A stretch of 64,000 bases of DNA from Dimorphilus gyrociliatus (GCA_904063045.1 CAJFCJ010000019.1:2920684-2984683); one strand, 5' to 3'; counted from the stretch's first letter, positions 12,409-23,850 are shown. Numbers and translations: made by a program. The notes: generated by a model from the letters alone, not told the origin.

Positions 12409-14117
12409 ATGGCTCAGTAAGTTTTCATAGTATTACGAATTTGCAAAGTGAATTGAAATTTATCTATTTCCAGCTGTACACCAGCTGTATACGATACCAC
12501 ATATAAGAATGATTTTTGTGGCTCCAGTGGAAGTCCTCGAACCACGCTTCTTTATGGGGATCGTGTCGGCAGCCATTGGTTTCCCAAAGACTACACCGAA
12601 GGTAGATTTGGAAATTGGCATAATACTCCGTAAGTTTTGTTTTAAAACAATTAACTAACTATCTCGAAAGCTTGTTTATCTGCATTTTTCGAATTTTCGG
12701 AATGTCCTCTGCTTTAAAGCTTCATAATATAAATCAAAATAATAGGCTTGATAATGCTATTTAATAGACAATATCCTGTATATACGTATAAGAAAATTGA
12801 GCGTAGTTAATGAATAAATACAGTATATACAGTATATGTAGGTGAGGTTTATAGCTCGAGGACTGCACCTGCACATTTGAGCGTCCTGTTTGCAGGTCAA
12901 ACAAGAACAAAGATCACGATAAGGCTCCTCCAAAGCAACATGTTAACGTCACATATTCGAATCCGATGGACGACAGATACAGATCGGTCTACCAATCTGA
13001 CTACGGTCTTTTATATCCATCTATGGGGAGAATTCCACTACAGGATATGGCAGCTTTTGGCTATGCCTCAGTAGCTCATCCTAGAAATGAAAGTTCCTAT
13101 GTAACTCCGGCTAATCACTGCGAGAAAGGTTGTAATCTACGATTTTCTCGCCATTTTGCCGATCATACTCCTGATCCCTCTTTGGGATCGGCACCACAAG
13201 GAGCTTGTTACCATCAAACAGCCCATTGTTCCTGTAGAAACTACTTGGGACACGTGTGTACGAGATTGCACGATTCGATGCCTTGTTGCTGCTAATCATC
13301 CCCGTCTTCTTTTCCTCTTTCGTCTGCCTATGTCTACAAGTCATGTACCAATTATTTAATTAATATACATATAGATTTACGAAACAAGAAGATGTGACGA
13401 CCTATGGCCGTGATTTCGGCTGGCAAGCGCCATCTCCTCGTTCTCAAGTTGCACGGTTGCATGGATATACTCGGCACGCTCCCCTCGATCAGGATAGAGC
13501 CTTTCCTTGGGATTGGCCAGATCCCCCCAGAGCTGCTCGACACGTCGATCAGCATTGGGCACGCGTGTATTGTCCACTTCACGGTTGTTTCCATGGTTCA
13601 GAGGATCAACGCTGTCCTCTTTTCTCTTTCGAAACACATTCTGAACAAAAGGACTGTCCCCATGCTCACTCGTGCTCTTGCAGTCCCCGACATAAGAAGC
13701 CTATTCATACCGGAAAACGCATAGAAATTAAATCTTAATTATTTAAGCGCTAGTTTATCTTAGCTTCTACCTTTCATTTAATACAGTGGAGTCGGCCCTC
13801 ATTCTCATCCCCCAATAAACGGCTGCTGCCCGCGTCCTTATTCGGATTTTGGTTATCAGACGGCTTACAAAGATTTTTACAGTTTTGTTGATTCGAAGTG
13901 GCCGATGTTCTCGCGCCATCGATACGGTGAAACTTGTGGAATTACAGATAAAACTTCGATTGACCGGCAATTCACCGACCGTTCTAGAAATGCTACCTAT
14001 TACAGCTATCCGAACGGCGGATATTGCGTTAAACAACCTATCTGCGTTCCTCCGAATCGCCGTACTAAAGCGTGCTGTAAATCTTGTGAAGCTAAAACGA
14101 GCTCGTATGTGTATTAA
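12409..14117 (+). CDS. Orphan Cys/His-rich protein with T-x-Y-x-x-D-F/Y-like motifs; exons 12409-12416 and 12474-12629, then alternative terminal exons 12896-13295, 13375-13738 or 13787-14117
   Basis: ATG GCT CA|gtaagt..ttccag|C TGT; exon 2 encodes CTPAVYDTTYKNDF..WFPKDYTEGRFGNWHNT and ends in phase 2 (cc|gtaagt); three downstream AG acceptors each open a stop-free frame of 330-400 nt in phase 2. Confidence 0.72.
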
Positions 14118-14171
14118 GTCAAAGGCATAAAATAAAAAGCAATAAATCATCAATGAAACAAAACATTATTT

Positions 14172-15689
14172 TTAAAAATATGATTCTAGAGTTCCTTTTC
14201 TTCTAACATCGCATGTCCAGCAATGGAACCCACCTCCCAAAGAATTCGCGTATCGAAGCGGCACACGAATACACTCAATACCCAAACTTTCAAACATAGC
14301 AATCGTAGTTTTTTCTTCCTCCTCAACTAGCACTCTTTTAGGATCTAACATCAATACATTCATTGATAGCCATTTAGATGACATCCATAGAGGATGTTCG
14401 TCTGGTACCAATGGTGTTGGTGGGTGAACGATTTTCCAACCGGCCTTTCGGAACATGTCAATTTGTAAACATGGTCGGTCGGGATTTGATAACACTAGTC
14501 CCGGCCCAATGATATTGAATGTTGCATCAATATGCATTGGGTTGGGATCCTTGAAGCTTAGAGTGTGAACTCTAATTCCTTTACCCTCAAGATGTCTACG
14601 CATCCATTCTATACCCATGTAATTTGTCACTTGAGATCTTTGAGCGAAAACGTCTCGACCAGCACGAATGAAATCAGCAGCATCGAAGCATGGCTCAAAT
14701 TCAGTGGTGACAAATTTTCCATCCGCAGCCAAACGATGTCTATCTTGGACAGATTTCATAGGATAGTCTTGATCATACAGGTCATCTGACATTTGCGGCT
14801 TGGGGGCCGTAGTCCAAGAAGCACCTTGTCTGAAATAATCTTTGATCAAAGATCTATATGCTCTATATTCAAAAAATCTTGAACGCCATGCCATTGGTGC
14901 TTCTATAATTTCATCACCAACTACCATGAGAATATCTCGAGGCATTGCCGAATATAATCCTGTGAAAATTTATTCGTTAAAAGGGAGAAAGTGATAATTT
15001 AACTGGACTATAATTACTTACCAGAGCTGGTAAAATCGGGCGTTTGAAACTTTTCCACAAAGTCAATTGGATCTGGACGTCTAACAACTACACCTTCCTT
15101 TCTTAAAATATCACACATATTTTCGATCTCCTTTCTGGCTTTTTCCATATGCTCAGCAGGGAAGTGAGAACCTCCATTTTGATTGAAAAAGTTCCAATGC
15201 TTTTCATTGGTATTTGCCTACATATTTCAAGAAAAACACAAAGTTAACAAATTGATATACAACTCTGAATTTTTTTATCCTTTTTTTAAAACTATTTAAA
15301 GAACGAGGTCATAAACTTTCTTAACTCAGAAGTAGCTAGATATATCTATTAGATTGTTATATATAGACATGTAAGTCAAATTTGCCATCTGCTTATCATC
15401 AAAACTATTTCCATACCTTAACTTCGATAGTCAAAGGAGGGACGGTAGCACCTTCAACTCTGCCGACAATAACCTCTTCTAGTGGATCCCACTCATTCCA
15501 TGCCCATACTGGGGAGTTAGAGTATTTCATTTCTGTATGCTCAAAACTTTCATGTTTCAAATCTGGGCGCTGGCTTTTTTGACTCGAGATCGAAAAATAT
15601 CTTCCAAGTTTTTTCGAAACTTGAGCGAGAGGGAAGCGATAAGCCTCTCTCCCTCTGCATCCTCCTTTGGCAATTCTAATTCCAATCAT
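14172..15689 (-). CDS. GATM: Glycine amidinotransferase (AGAT) with mitochondrial-type presequence, 3 coding exons
   Basis: [29 protein letters not shown] (catalytic His), GGGFHCWT (catalytic Cys); exons join as EVK|ANT and SG|LYSAMPRD. Confidence 0.96.
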
Positions 15690-16172
15690 ATTGCTACCTT
15701 TTGTGCATAGAAGTTGTTTAACAGGCAAGTAAATCCGTTTCTTTTTGACAGTTTGTTATATATCTTCTGATAGCCAATCAGCGATGAATGGATATCTCTG
15801 AATCTGACCTCCGAAAAGGTGACTTTAGTTGGCTGAAATGTAACCTTTATGACAACTAACCAATACAAATCGATCAATTTTATCTTTTTATCGTTGTTTC
15901 TTTAAGCACGTAATTTCAAACTCTTAAGTTCGAAAGTCAACCTTAACCATACAAAGAATTATATTTTATTTTAATGTATAAAAGTAGGTACATATTTAAA
16001 CATGTATTAATATTATATATAACAAAGCATGTCATTCTGAAATGAATATAAATATCAGGAGATAAAAACAAAAATAACGACAGGTGGTTTATAAGTGGGA
16101 CTCGTCCAATATTTCTGACGATGTTCTTACTGCAAAATACAAATAGCTTTAAATGTTTATGACAACAAATGT

Positions 16173-19100
16173 TCATTCCCACATACGTGTCAATTGAGAA
16201 TGAGAATCGATAGCGTCGTCTAAGACATTTAATGCTTCTTCCACTGATTTATCATTTTTAACTGAATTCTTACGCTTTTTCATTTGTTCCACAAATGCAT
16301 CGTGTAAATCCTTAGCTTGTTGAGTGAAACTAGACTTAGAAGATCTAATTTCAATTGAACTTGTCGTCTTTAAGGATTTATCTGAAACAATAAAAGGTTT
16401 TTGGAATAATTTACGTTCTGTTTCCTGTTAGGACAATAAAAAAAAATGGGACATTAGTTTCATATTGATCCAACTTGAAATTAATATTCTATACTTTATA
16501 TAACTGAATGAATTCTGATATAGTTTTAAAGAAATCGTATGGTTCAGTCACGTCTGGTGTTTCTCCATATAGACTACAGACAAGATTCCATTTTTCTGTC
16601 ATCGTTCGAAAACTTTTCTGTATTTCCTCCAAAGAACTGTTGCTTTGTTGTAAAAGTTTCTATAATTAAAAATTGCAGTTTATAACCGAATTGTCTTTAG
16701 TAAAAAGTATTAAGATAACTAAAGAAACCTCTAAATTTTTTTTATTAACGCAACTTTTCGTTTCTTCGCATGCAATGCTGTGTTTCTTTTCAAGATTATC
16801 TATTTCGAGTTTGATGGATTTGTACGAAACTTAAAGAATATCAAGTATTAAAATTTCAGATTAAATGTTAATGCGCAATTATATTAATACCTCCTTTTTC
16901 AACTTTAAACGTTAAAGTTTCGTGAAATGTAACTAGTTCGGGAAACTTATCATGTATCACTCCAAGTACGTATTGTAATAAGTTCTGTTTCTTATCATTC
17001 GATTTGACCTCTGCTAGCTAATAGTTTTGGAATATGATATTCAGGAAAAAGTGATAACTATTGTTGTTTACCTTACTAAGAGAGTTAATTCTATAGCCGA
17101 ATGTGTATTGTTTTTTTCCATAGTTTGTAAAATTGCCAATATAGAGAACGATCTGAATTTAAATAAACAAAATAAACAAAACAGAGCATCCTTTAAAGTC
17201 TAACCTACTTTTAAGAATGCAAAAAATCTTCTGTTATCAATCAAGGAGAGACTTGCTTTTGTAATTGAACCTATAACAGGTGATAGCCTGCCAATACTGT
17301 CATCGAATTGATTCAGGAAGTAGATGGTTTCTAATTTATTTGCTAACCGCTCAATTTGAGACAACTAAAGCAATAAAATATCATAAAATACTTATATACC
17401 AATATAAAGTACGAATAACAGACCTGATATATAAACTCTTCAGCTTCACCATAATGGCTTCGCTTACTAACACTTTTCGCTAAGTCCTCAAGTTCTTGAT
17501 CCGTAGGGATAAATTTAATAAGAATCTCCGCAACGTCAGATAGAATTAGGTCAATCTTTAAATTCTCAATTGCGTCCCTAATTTCTACTGCTGTTAAATT
17601 TATTCTTTTCCTTGTGATAATAATATTTTTGGACCTATTAGTCTCAACAAAGAAAAACGTTGACGAGGACTTGTCAATCATACGCTTGAAACGTTGGCTG
17701 CCGACAGGTGATGAAGTACAGAATTGACGTTCGAAATCCTCAAAATCTATATTGTCTAATATTGATTTATCATTATGGTTTAAATTCTCGAAAATGGTTC
17801 CTTCCAAGTCCCTAATTGGAGTCCAATTATATAATGGCATTCTTTCCTTTGGCTTTATTTTTAATGTGTCGATGCATAACTCACGCTTTTCAGATGATTG
17901 ATTTATAATTCCAAGGTTTATGGGAGGAGCTATTGGAATAGAATCTGTTCTATTGTTTTTTTTTTCCGTTTTAACTTCTTTCTCTACTTTTAAAAGACAT
18001 GCTGTCGTGTGTTTTTCTTCGGTTTTAAATTTTGCTGATTCTGCTAACTGCTTTAAGAGTTTCTTATTCTCCTCTCGAAGTAATTGTAATTCGTGTGATG
18101 AATCACTTTTAAATGAGTCAACATCAATTAAGTTTTTATGATACTCGTTAAGTGAATCTCTCAGGTCGTCTGAGGACTCCAATAGATCAAGCTTATTAGC
18201 GTGAAAACCAGCAGAAACTAACTCATATTGAAACCATATCTAGATATGGAAAAGATAAATATTGTTGTAAAAGCTATACTGTGTCTTGTCGAAATAAATT
18301 AAGAAACCTGCTCTTCGTTGTCCCTAGTGTGTTTTATCATTGTATTTACAAGCCTAATTAGGGCAAGGGCTGTTCTTTCCGTTATATATTCCCAACGTTG
18401 AATGTTAACTATGGGACCAAATAAGCTATATCGCTCTGAAGTTTTTTTTCTCTTAGACAGAGAAGAGATCAAATTCCCGAAACCTTGATGGTTTCGTATT
18501 GCCAATTGTAAAACTTCTAAGGCGATCGTTGTAATTTTTCTCCCGAAAGAATCATTAAGACAATATATCACTGATTCATAAAATTCCGTCGAGTCAGAGA
18601 GTGTAAATGATAAATTCTGTTCAGTTATAATTTGCAATATTTAATTGTAGTCAATTTATAACTTACCTTTCTGCAAAAGAAATTTATGCAGACGAGAGAA
18701 TCATGTATAATGAAATGGTATGAATCCCTTTGAAAAAGTGATAAAGGTTTGTTAACCAAAGATTTGACTCCATCTGACAAAACCGAGACCACATGTACGA
18801 TGATGTTACCTTTCTCCAATTCATTGAGAAGACTTTCATCATTCACAAGTAAATGCCTTTTAAGGTTTCGTAAAGTTGATAATATTTCCCGTTTTTGTTT
18901 CAAATTAATTAGATAAAGAGAACTCGAACACTTTTTGGTCAATCTAATTTGTTTCAAGATGTAACGCCATTGATCCGTTTTATCTAATTTATTAATGTGA
19001 TTTTTTTCGGATTCGGAAACAGGAGCTAGGGCATCAAACCAGTCATTTAATCTCTCTTTTATTTGGTTTTCAGAGGGTAATGTAGATGGATCTATTTTCT

Positions 19101-19402
19101 CTTCAGGCGGTTCAGGTGCATGTGTTTTTTTCATACTGTGCCTCCGATTAGAATTCTTCGATGACAAAGAAGGGGGCGTATGTTCTGCAATTATATTTAC
19201 GCTGATCAATTCATTTAGAGGACTAAACGATGGTTAAAATTTAAGAAGTTATTGTAATACCATCTTCCTTATCTATGCAGTGGTCATCGAGGTCTAAAAA
19301 GTCTGAAAAAGCTTCATATGCACTATGTCCATTTTTGGGTTTTGGCAGGCTGGCAAGGGTTGAGGCAACTCCACTCGACGTTCTCTTTACCGATACAGAC
19401 AT
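16173..19402 (-). CDS. FMNL-like formin (GBD/FH3-like region, coiled coil, FH2), divergent, with no poly-proline FH1
   Basis: FH2 lasso RMPLYNW, NRSKNIII, LIKFIPTDQE, IVLYIGNFTN..FGYRINSLSK, EVKSNDKKQNLLQY match FH2/FMNL motifs; several short GT-AG introns. Confidence 0.8.
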
Positions 19403-20157
19403 GTTTGTAAACTAAAGGGATATTTGTGATAGGTAAACTGTAGAAATAGTCCGTGACTATACTTCATATACTTGTCTGTTATTAATGATACTAACGATAA
19501 GCGAGTAGTTTGAGTATAGATAAAGTCTGTTCGCTCACCTAGTTTACTATCACTGAATCTGCATTCACTGATAAAGTAGCATTAAGTGCTTTGCATAATA
19601 CACAGTTAAATGTTCTGTTTATCCGCTTCCTTTAAAAGCATATCTCTTGTGTTTAAACAAGCGTAATATAAAATTCAATCACAATTCAAAAAATAATAAA
19701 GTTCAAATTATTTTTCCATTAAACTCTATGCAGATACTAACGACATCTTTAGAAATTATTCTTTAACTAAAGGAACTTTTTACAATGGATAGTCAGTATC
19801 AGTTGTGTAGGACTAATCTCTAAAATGCTAATAAGTCTAAAATTCCAATTCAATTGTTATTCCGACATATTGTATTAGTAAATTACTTTAGTTCGTTTTT
19901 GTGAAAGTCAAATTGAAGAATCTTAAAAATTCGATAAGATATATAGGCTTATTCTTGTCATAAACAAAACATATAATTAACAAACATTGTAAATTGGTTA
20001 ATTTAATATCTATTTCAAACATTTGCGCCATATGTCGTTTGTACGGGACTACTCATTTGATATATTGAGACATTTTTTCGTTTTGCTAAACAGTCAACTC
20101 TATTTGCCTTTCTGCTATAAATATCTTTAAATTCAAAGGAACTTTTCCTCATAAAGT

Positions 20158-23100
20158 ATGTTATGCGTAATACTAGTAGCGGGACATGGTACCCTTTTAG
20201 AAGAAGAAATTCAGGTGAAGCTTGATCTAATATTATATTATCGCTCATAGTCATATTCACGACAGGCTTCGCAAAAGTACTCGTCCCTAGCAGGAGTCCC
20301 TAAAGCCCTCCTTCCCACACATAAAGGTAAAACAATTCTTGATGCATGGTGGTCTGCAGTGAGAAGCAGACAACTTTTTTCCGATGTACTCCTAGTAACA
20401 AATGCCGCAAAATATAAACACTACGAGCGATGGGCAACAGCATCCGAATTCCCCATACACAATATTATAAATGACGGAACAACTACTGAATCATCGAGAT
20501 TGGGTGCATGCTTGGATTTACAATTAGCTTTGGCTGTGAACAAAAAACAGTTTGACTCAATTCTGGTGGTAGCTGGTGAAATGTTATTTGAAGAGAGTAA
20601 GCTAGATATGGTGACTGTTATTCAACAATCTCAAAAATTCGATAATTTGGCTGTGTATTATGAACTAGGAGAAAATGAGTCTCCTGAAACAAGGGGAATT
20701 GTTGAAATAGAACCGGCTAGTGGGAGGATAAAGGCTTTGTATGAGAAGCCAATCGCCTCTGTGACTAATTCTAAATTGGCGAGTGTTGTATTTTATTGCT
20801 TAAACTTTCGCACTATTCAAACATTGTCAGAGTTTAATATTCTTCATAAAGAAAGTCCTCGTAGTTTAGGACATTTCATGTCATGGTTAATAGAAAGAGA
20901 TACACCTATATACGGCCTAAAGTTACCAACAGCTTTCAAATTAATAGGATCAAATGTTACTTTGGAACAATACGAATTAGCAATAGAATATTTTTCTGAC
21001 TTGGCCTCTAAGGAAGTAAGATCCATAACGAAACGGGTATTCGCAAGGGTAGGTCTAATGGGCAATCCATCTGATGGATTTAATGGGAAAACTATTGCTC
21101 TTTCAATAAAAAATTTTTGGGCTGATGTTACGATAACAGAATCTGATAAATTAGTGTTATGTCCCCATCCATTAAATGATCCGACTGAATTCGGATCCCT
21201 TTGGGATTTACACGCTATATCTCGTAGGGAAGGATATTTAGGCGGATTAAGATTGGTTCAGGCAACTTGCAAGAAATTTTATCAGTATTGTTCTGATAAA
21301 GGGTATATAAAGTGGACGACATGTATATATGGACACCGTAAATTTTGATAGGCCAATTTTTAATTAACGGTTAAAATTGTTTGTCCTCTGCAAATTAGTA
21401 TTTTTTGTCTAAATTTATATAGAAAAAGAGTTAAATTGACATAATATTGAAAAAAATGATAATATTTTGTGAAGATTATTAGCAAAAATTTTTAATAATT
21501 TTCATAAGTTTTTTCTTTATTTGGCCGCGCGACATGTTTATTGGAACATTGAGTTGACATCTGGTTTGACATTCAAATAGACGTCTCAAACAAAAAAATT
21601 TTCAACTTTTTTCCTGTTTTAAGTTAAGTTAATTTGTTATTGAATATTAAAAATTACTGTACATAATTTATATTGTATTTTTTTAATTATGGTTTGGAGT
21701 CAAGATATAAGGGATTTGGTAATCAAGAAATATAGTGAAATAGGCAAATTAAGGGCAACAGCAAGAGTTTTAGGAATGGCACCATCATCAATTAGCAACA
21801 TACTAAAGTATAAGAAGCCAGAACAAGACAATAGGGGAGGTCCGAAGAAGCTTTCCGACAGAGAGATAGCGAGGATGAAAAGAATTTTAAAGAAACTGAA
21901 AGATAACTAGCAAAGAGTGACAGCAGCAAAGATATTAAAAGAATTAGAAGTAGATGTAAGCATAAGAACAATACAGAGGGAGCTGAAAAGACAAAATTTC
22001 AAATATAAAAGAGTCAGACAAAGAACTGATCTCACCTCCAAAGACTGTAAACGCAGAAAAGCGTACTGCCTCAAAGTTATTAGCGAAAATCTAGACTGGT
22101 CTAGGGTTATTTTTACTGATGAGGCTAGGTTTTCGCTAAGTGGACCTGACGATTTTAGGACTTGGACCAGTAACAGCGAAAAGGACTTCAGGGTCACAAA
22201 AAATATGGGGAGAGGTGGAGTATTGGTGTGGGGGTTGATAACCTCTGACCAAAAATTTAACTATTTAACATTGTTCCAATAAACATGTCGCGCGGCCAAA
22301 TAAGAAAAAAAAATCAGAAAACTATGGTAATTTCTATAAAAAAAAAAATATGTAAAAACGTACCTAACTGCTGTTTTAAAGAAATTTATATAAAATTGCA
22401 AGTTTAACCTATTATTAAACACTAAAAAAAAAAAATAATAATCTTTTTTCATCACGAAAAAGATTTTTAATATTTGGCCTATAAAAATTTCAGGTGTTCC
22501 AACATACCTGTCGTCCACTTTATATATATTTTTTGTAATTCCTTGATTAATCTAAACTGCACGCAGGATAGCCATAGGAAAACGAAACTTTACTCTTAAA
22601 TACGACACAAACATTCCTCGTCAAGTCGGTCTAGCTGGATCTAGTGCTATTGTAACTGCCACTTTACAGTGTCTGTTAAGTTTTTATGAGCTAAACTCTA
22701 ACGATATGCCATTACATACTCAACCCCAGTTCGTTTTGGATGTTGAAACAGAGGAACTTTTTATACAGGCAGGATTACAGGACAGAGTGGTCCAGACCTA
22801 CGAAGGTCTTGTTTATATGGATTTCAGTAAAGAACTGTTTCAGCAACAGAATTATGGGCATTACGAACGACTTGATAACGTTGAATTACCACAATTTTTT
22901 CTTGCTTATTTAAGAGATCCGTCTGATTCTGGAAGAATACATAGCGACGTTGGCGCAAGGTGGCGCCGAGGCGACGAACAAGTTGTTAAGGCTATGAAAA
23001 AATTCTCTCTTCTCACTGATCAGGCTCGGTAAATTATTGAGAAACAGACTATAATTTATGTAATTAATAATTCATATTTTCAGTGAAGCTATTGAGGCGA

Positions 23101-23437
23101 AAGATTGGGAAACCTTGAAACTTCTAATGAGTGAGAACTTCAATTTGAGGAGGTTAAATTAAATACTTTTAATCGAAACATGACTGACTATCGTAATAAT
23201 TTTTCAAGAGAGATTTACACTGACCCAGCCTTAGGAGAGAGTAATCTACGTTTAATTGAAATAGCGCGATCTCATAACGCGTCAGCTAAATTTCCAGGCT
23301 CAGGAGGTGCTGTTGTTGGCCTGTGCACCGATGAAGATAGCAGAGAGAAGCTGAAGTTGGCTTATCAGAGTGAAGGATTTGTGTTCGTCGATATTTTACC
23401 TAACTCTGGAGGTCATAATCATAATCCTGTTAAATAA
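20158..23437 (+). CDS. gkup: Glucuronokinase fused to an N-terminal nucleotidyltransferase (putative uridylyl pyrophosphorylase) domain
   Basis: MLCVILVAGHGT..GVPKALLP (NTP-transferase start); ARVGLMGNPSDGF, YDTNIPRQVGLAGSSAI, AGLQDRVVQTYEG, KFPGSGGAVVG (GHMP kinase). Intron 2 (21303-22566) contains the transposon. Confidence 0.92.
21306..22524 (+). mobile_element. Defective Tc1/mariner-superfamily DNA transposon (IR/DR type), internally deleted
   Basis: Imperfect terminal inverted repeats of about 53 bp (tataaagtggacgaca..ataggccaa) flanked by TA; perfect 32-bp inner inverted repeat at 21517-21548 and 22272-22303; transposase remnant with HTH, VIFTDEARF and GGVLVWG. Confidence 0.93.
21689..22282 (+). 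pseudogene. Tc1-like transposase pseudogene
   Basis: In-frame TAG at 21908-21910 splits the HTH region; the frame ends shortly after the first catalytic Asp motif, so the rest of the DDE domain is missing. Confidence 0.88.
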
Positions 23438-23480
23438 AAATAAATTTAAACTGAAAGAGAAAGGTTGTTTTTAGAATTTT

Positions 23481-23850
23481 AGCTGTCTGCCTTTGAGGAA
23501 TGGAGAAAGTACATCTTCGTACAGTCATCTTTCCCCCCGGCATGTTTATTTTAACGAATTCGGTTTAGACTAATGCACTTTATTATTGAGTCAGTGATGT
23601 GAGTGAGGTCCTCGTCCAACAATCGCAATCACTGGGACTCTTTACTGTACATAAGCGCCATTTTGATTCCGAACAGGTTGACTTCAACGCGTCACGTTAG
23701 CCACTTTTTTTTAATTATTTTATTCAATTCATCTCCATGTAGACTGAACAGTGGATGAAAACAGACTACGTGTGCAGGGAGAGAATTCTAAGTCAGGGTT
23801 AGAAAAGAGGGCCGCGAGACGCCACCCCCATCGTGACGGGCCGAGGTCTG
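23481..23850 (-). ncRNA. TERC: Candidate telomerase RNA (template-pseudoknot plus box H/ACA domain), about 370 nt; 5' end uncertain
   Basis: Minus strand: CUAACCCUGAC template (23802-23792) after a U-rich linker; P2a AAUUCUCUCC/GGAGAUGAAUU; P2b GUAGUCUG/CAGUCUAC; UUUUC loop; P3 CCACUGUU/AAAAGUGG after an A-rich tract; a long arm closing next to an ANANNA H box (23551-23546); 3' hairpin GGGGAAAG/CUUUCUCC and UGCC/GGCA; ACA at 23486-23484. Confidence 0.72.

Noticed and set aside
13377-14153. Minus-strand ORFs 13377-13637 and 13767-14153, and alternative plus frames 13404-13724 and 13849-14130
   Set aside because: They overlap the terminal exons of the orphan gene. Only the frames in phase with the AG acceptors carry the shared motif.
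23540-23545. ACAUGC as the 3' end of the telomerase RNA candidate (matches the human 3' end)
   Set aside because: No stable hairpin precedes it. The downstream ACA at 23486-23484 has a proper hairpin and pocket spacing, which places this ACAUGC at the H-box hinge instead.
23740-23850. U3-like or C/D snoRNA on the plus strand (GATGA..TCTGA)
   Set aside because: Boxes A, B and C and the closing stems do not fit; the minus-strand telomerase interpretation explains far more of the sequence.
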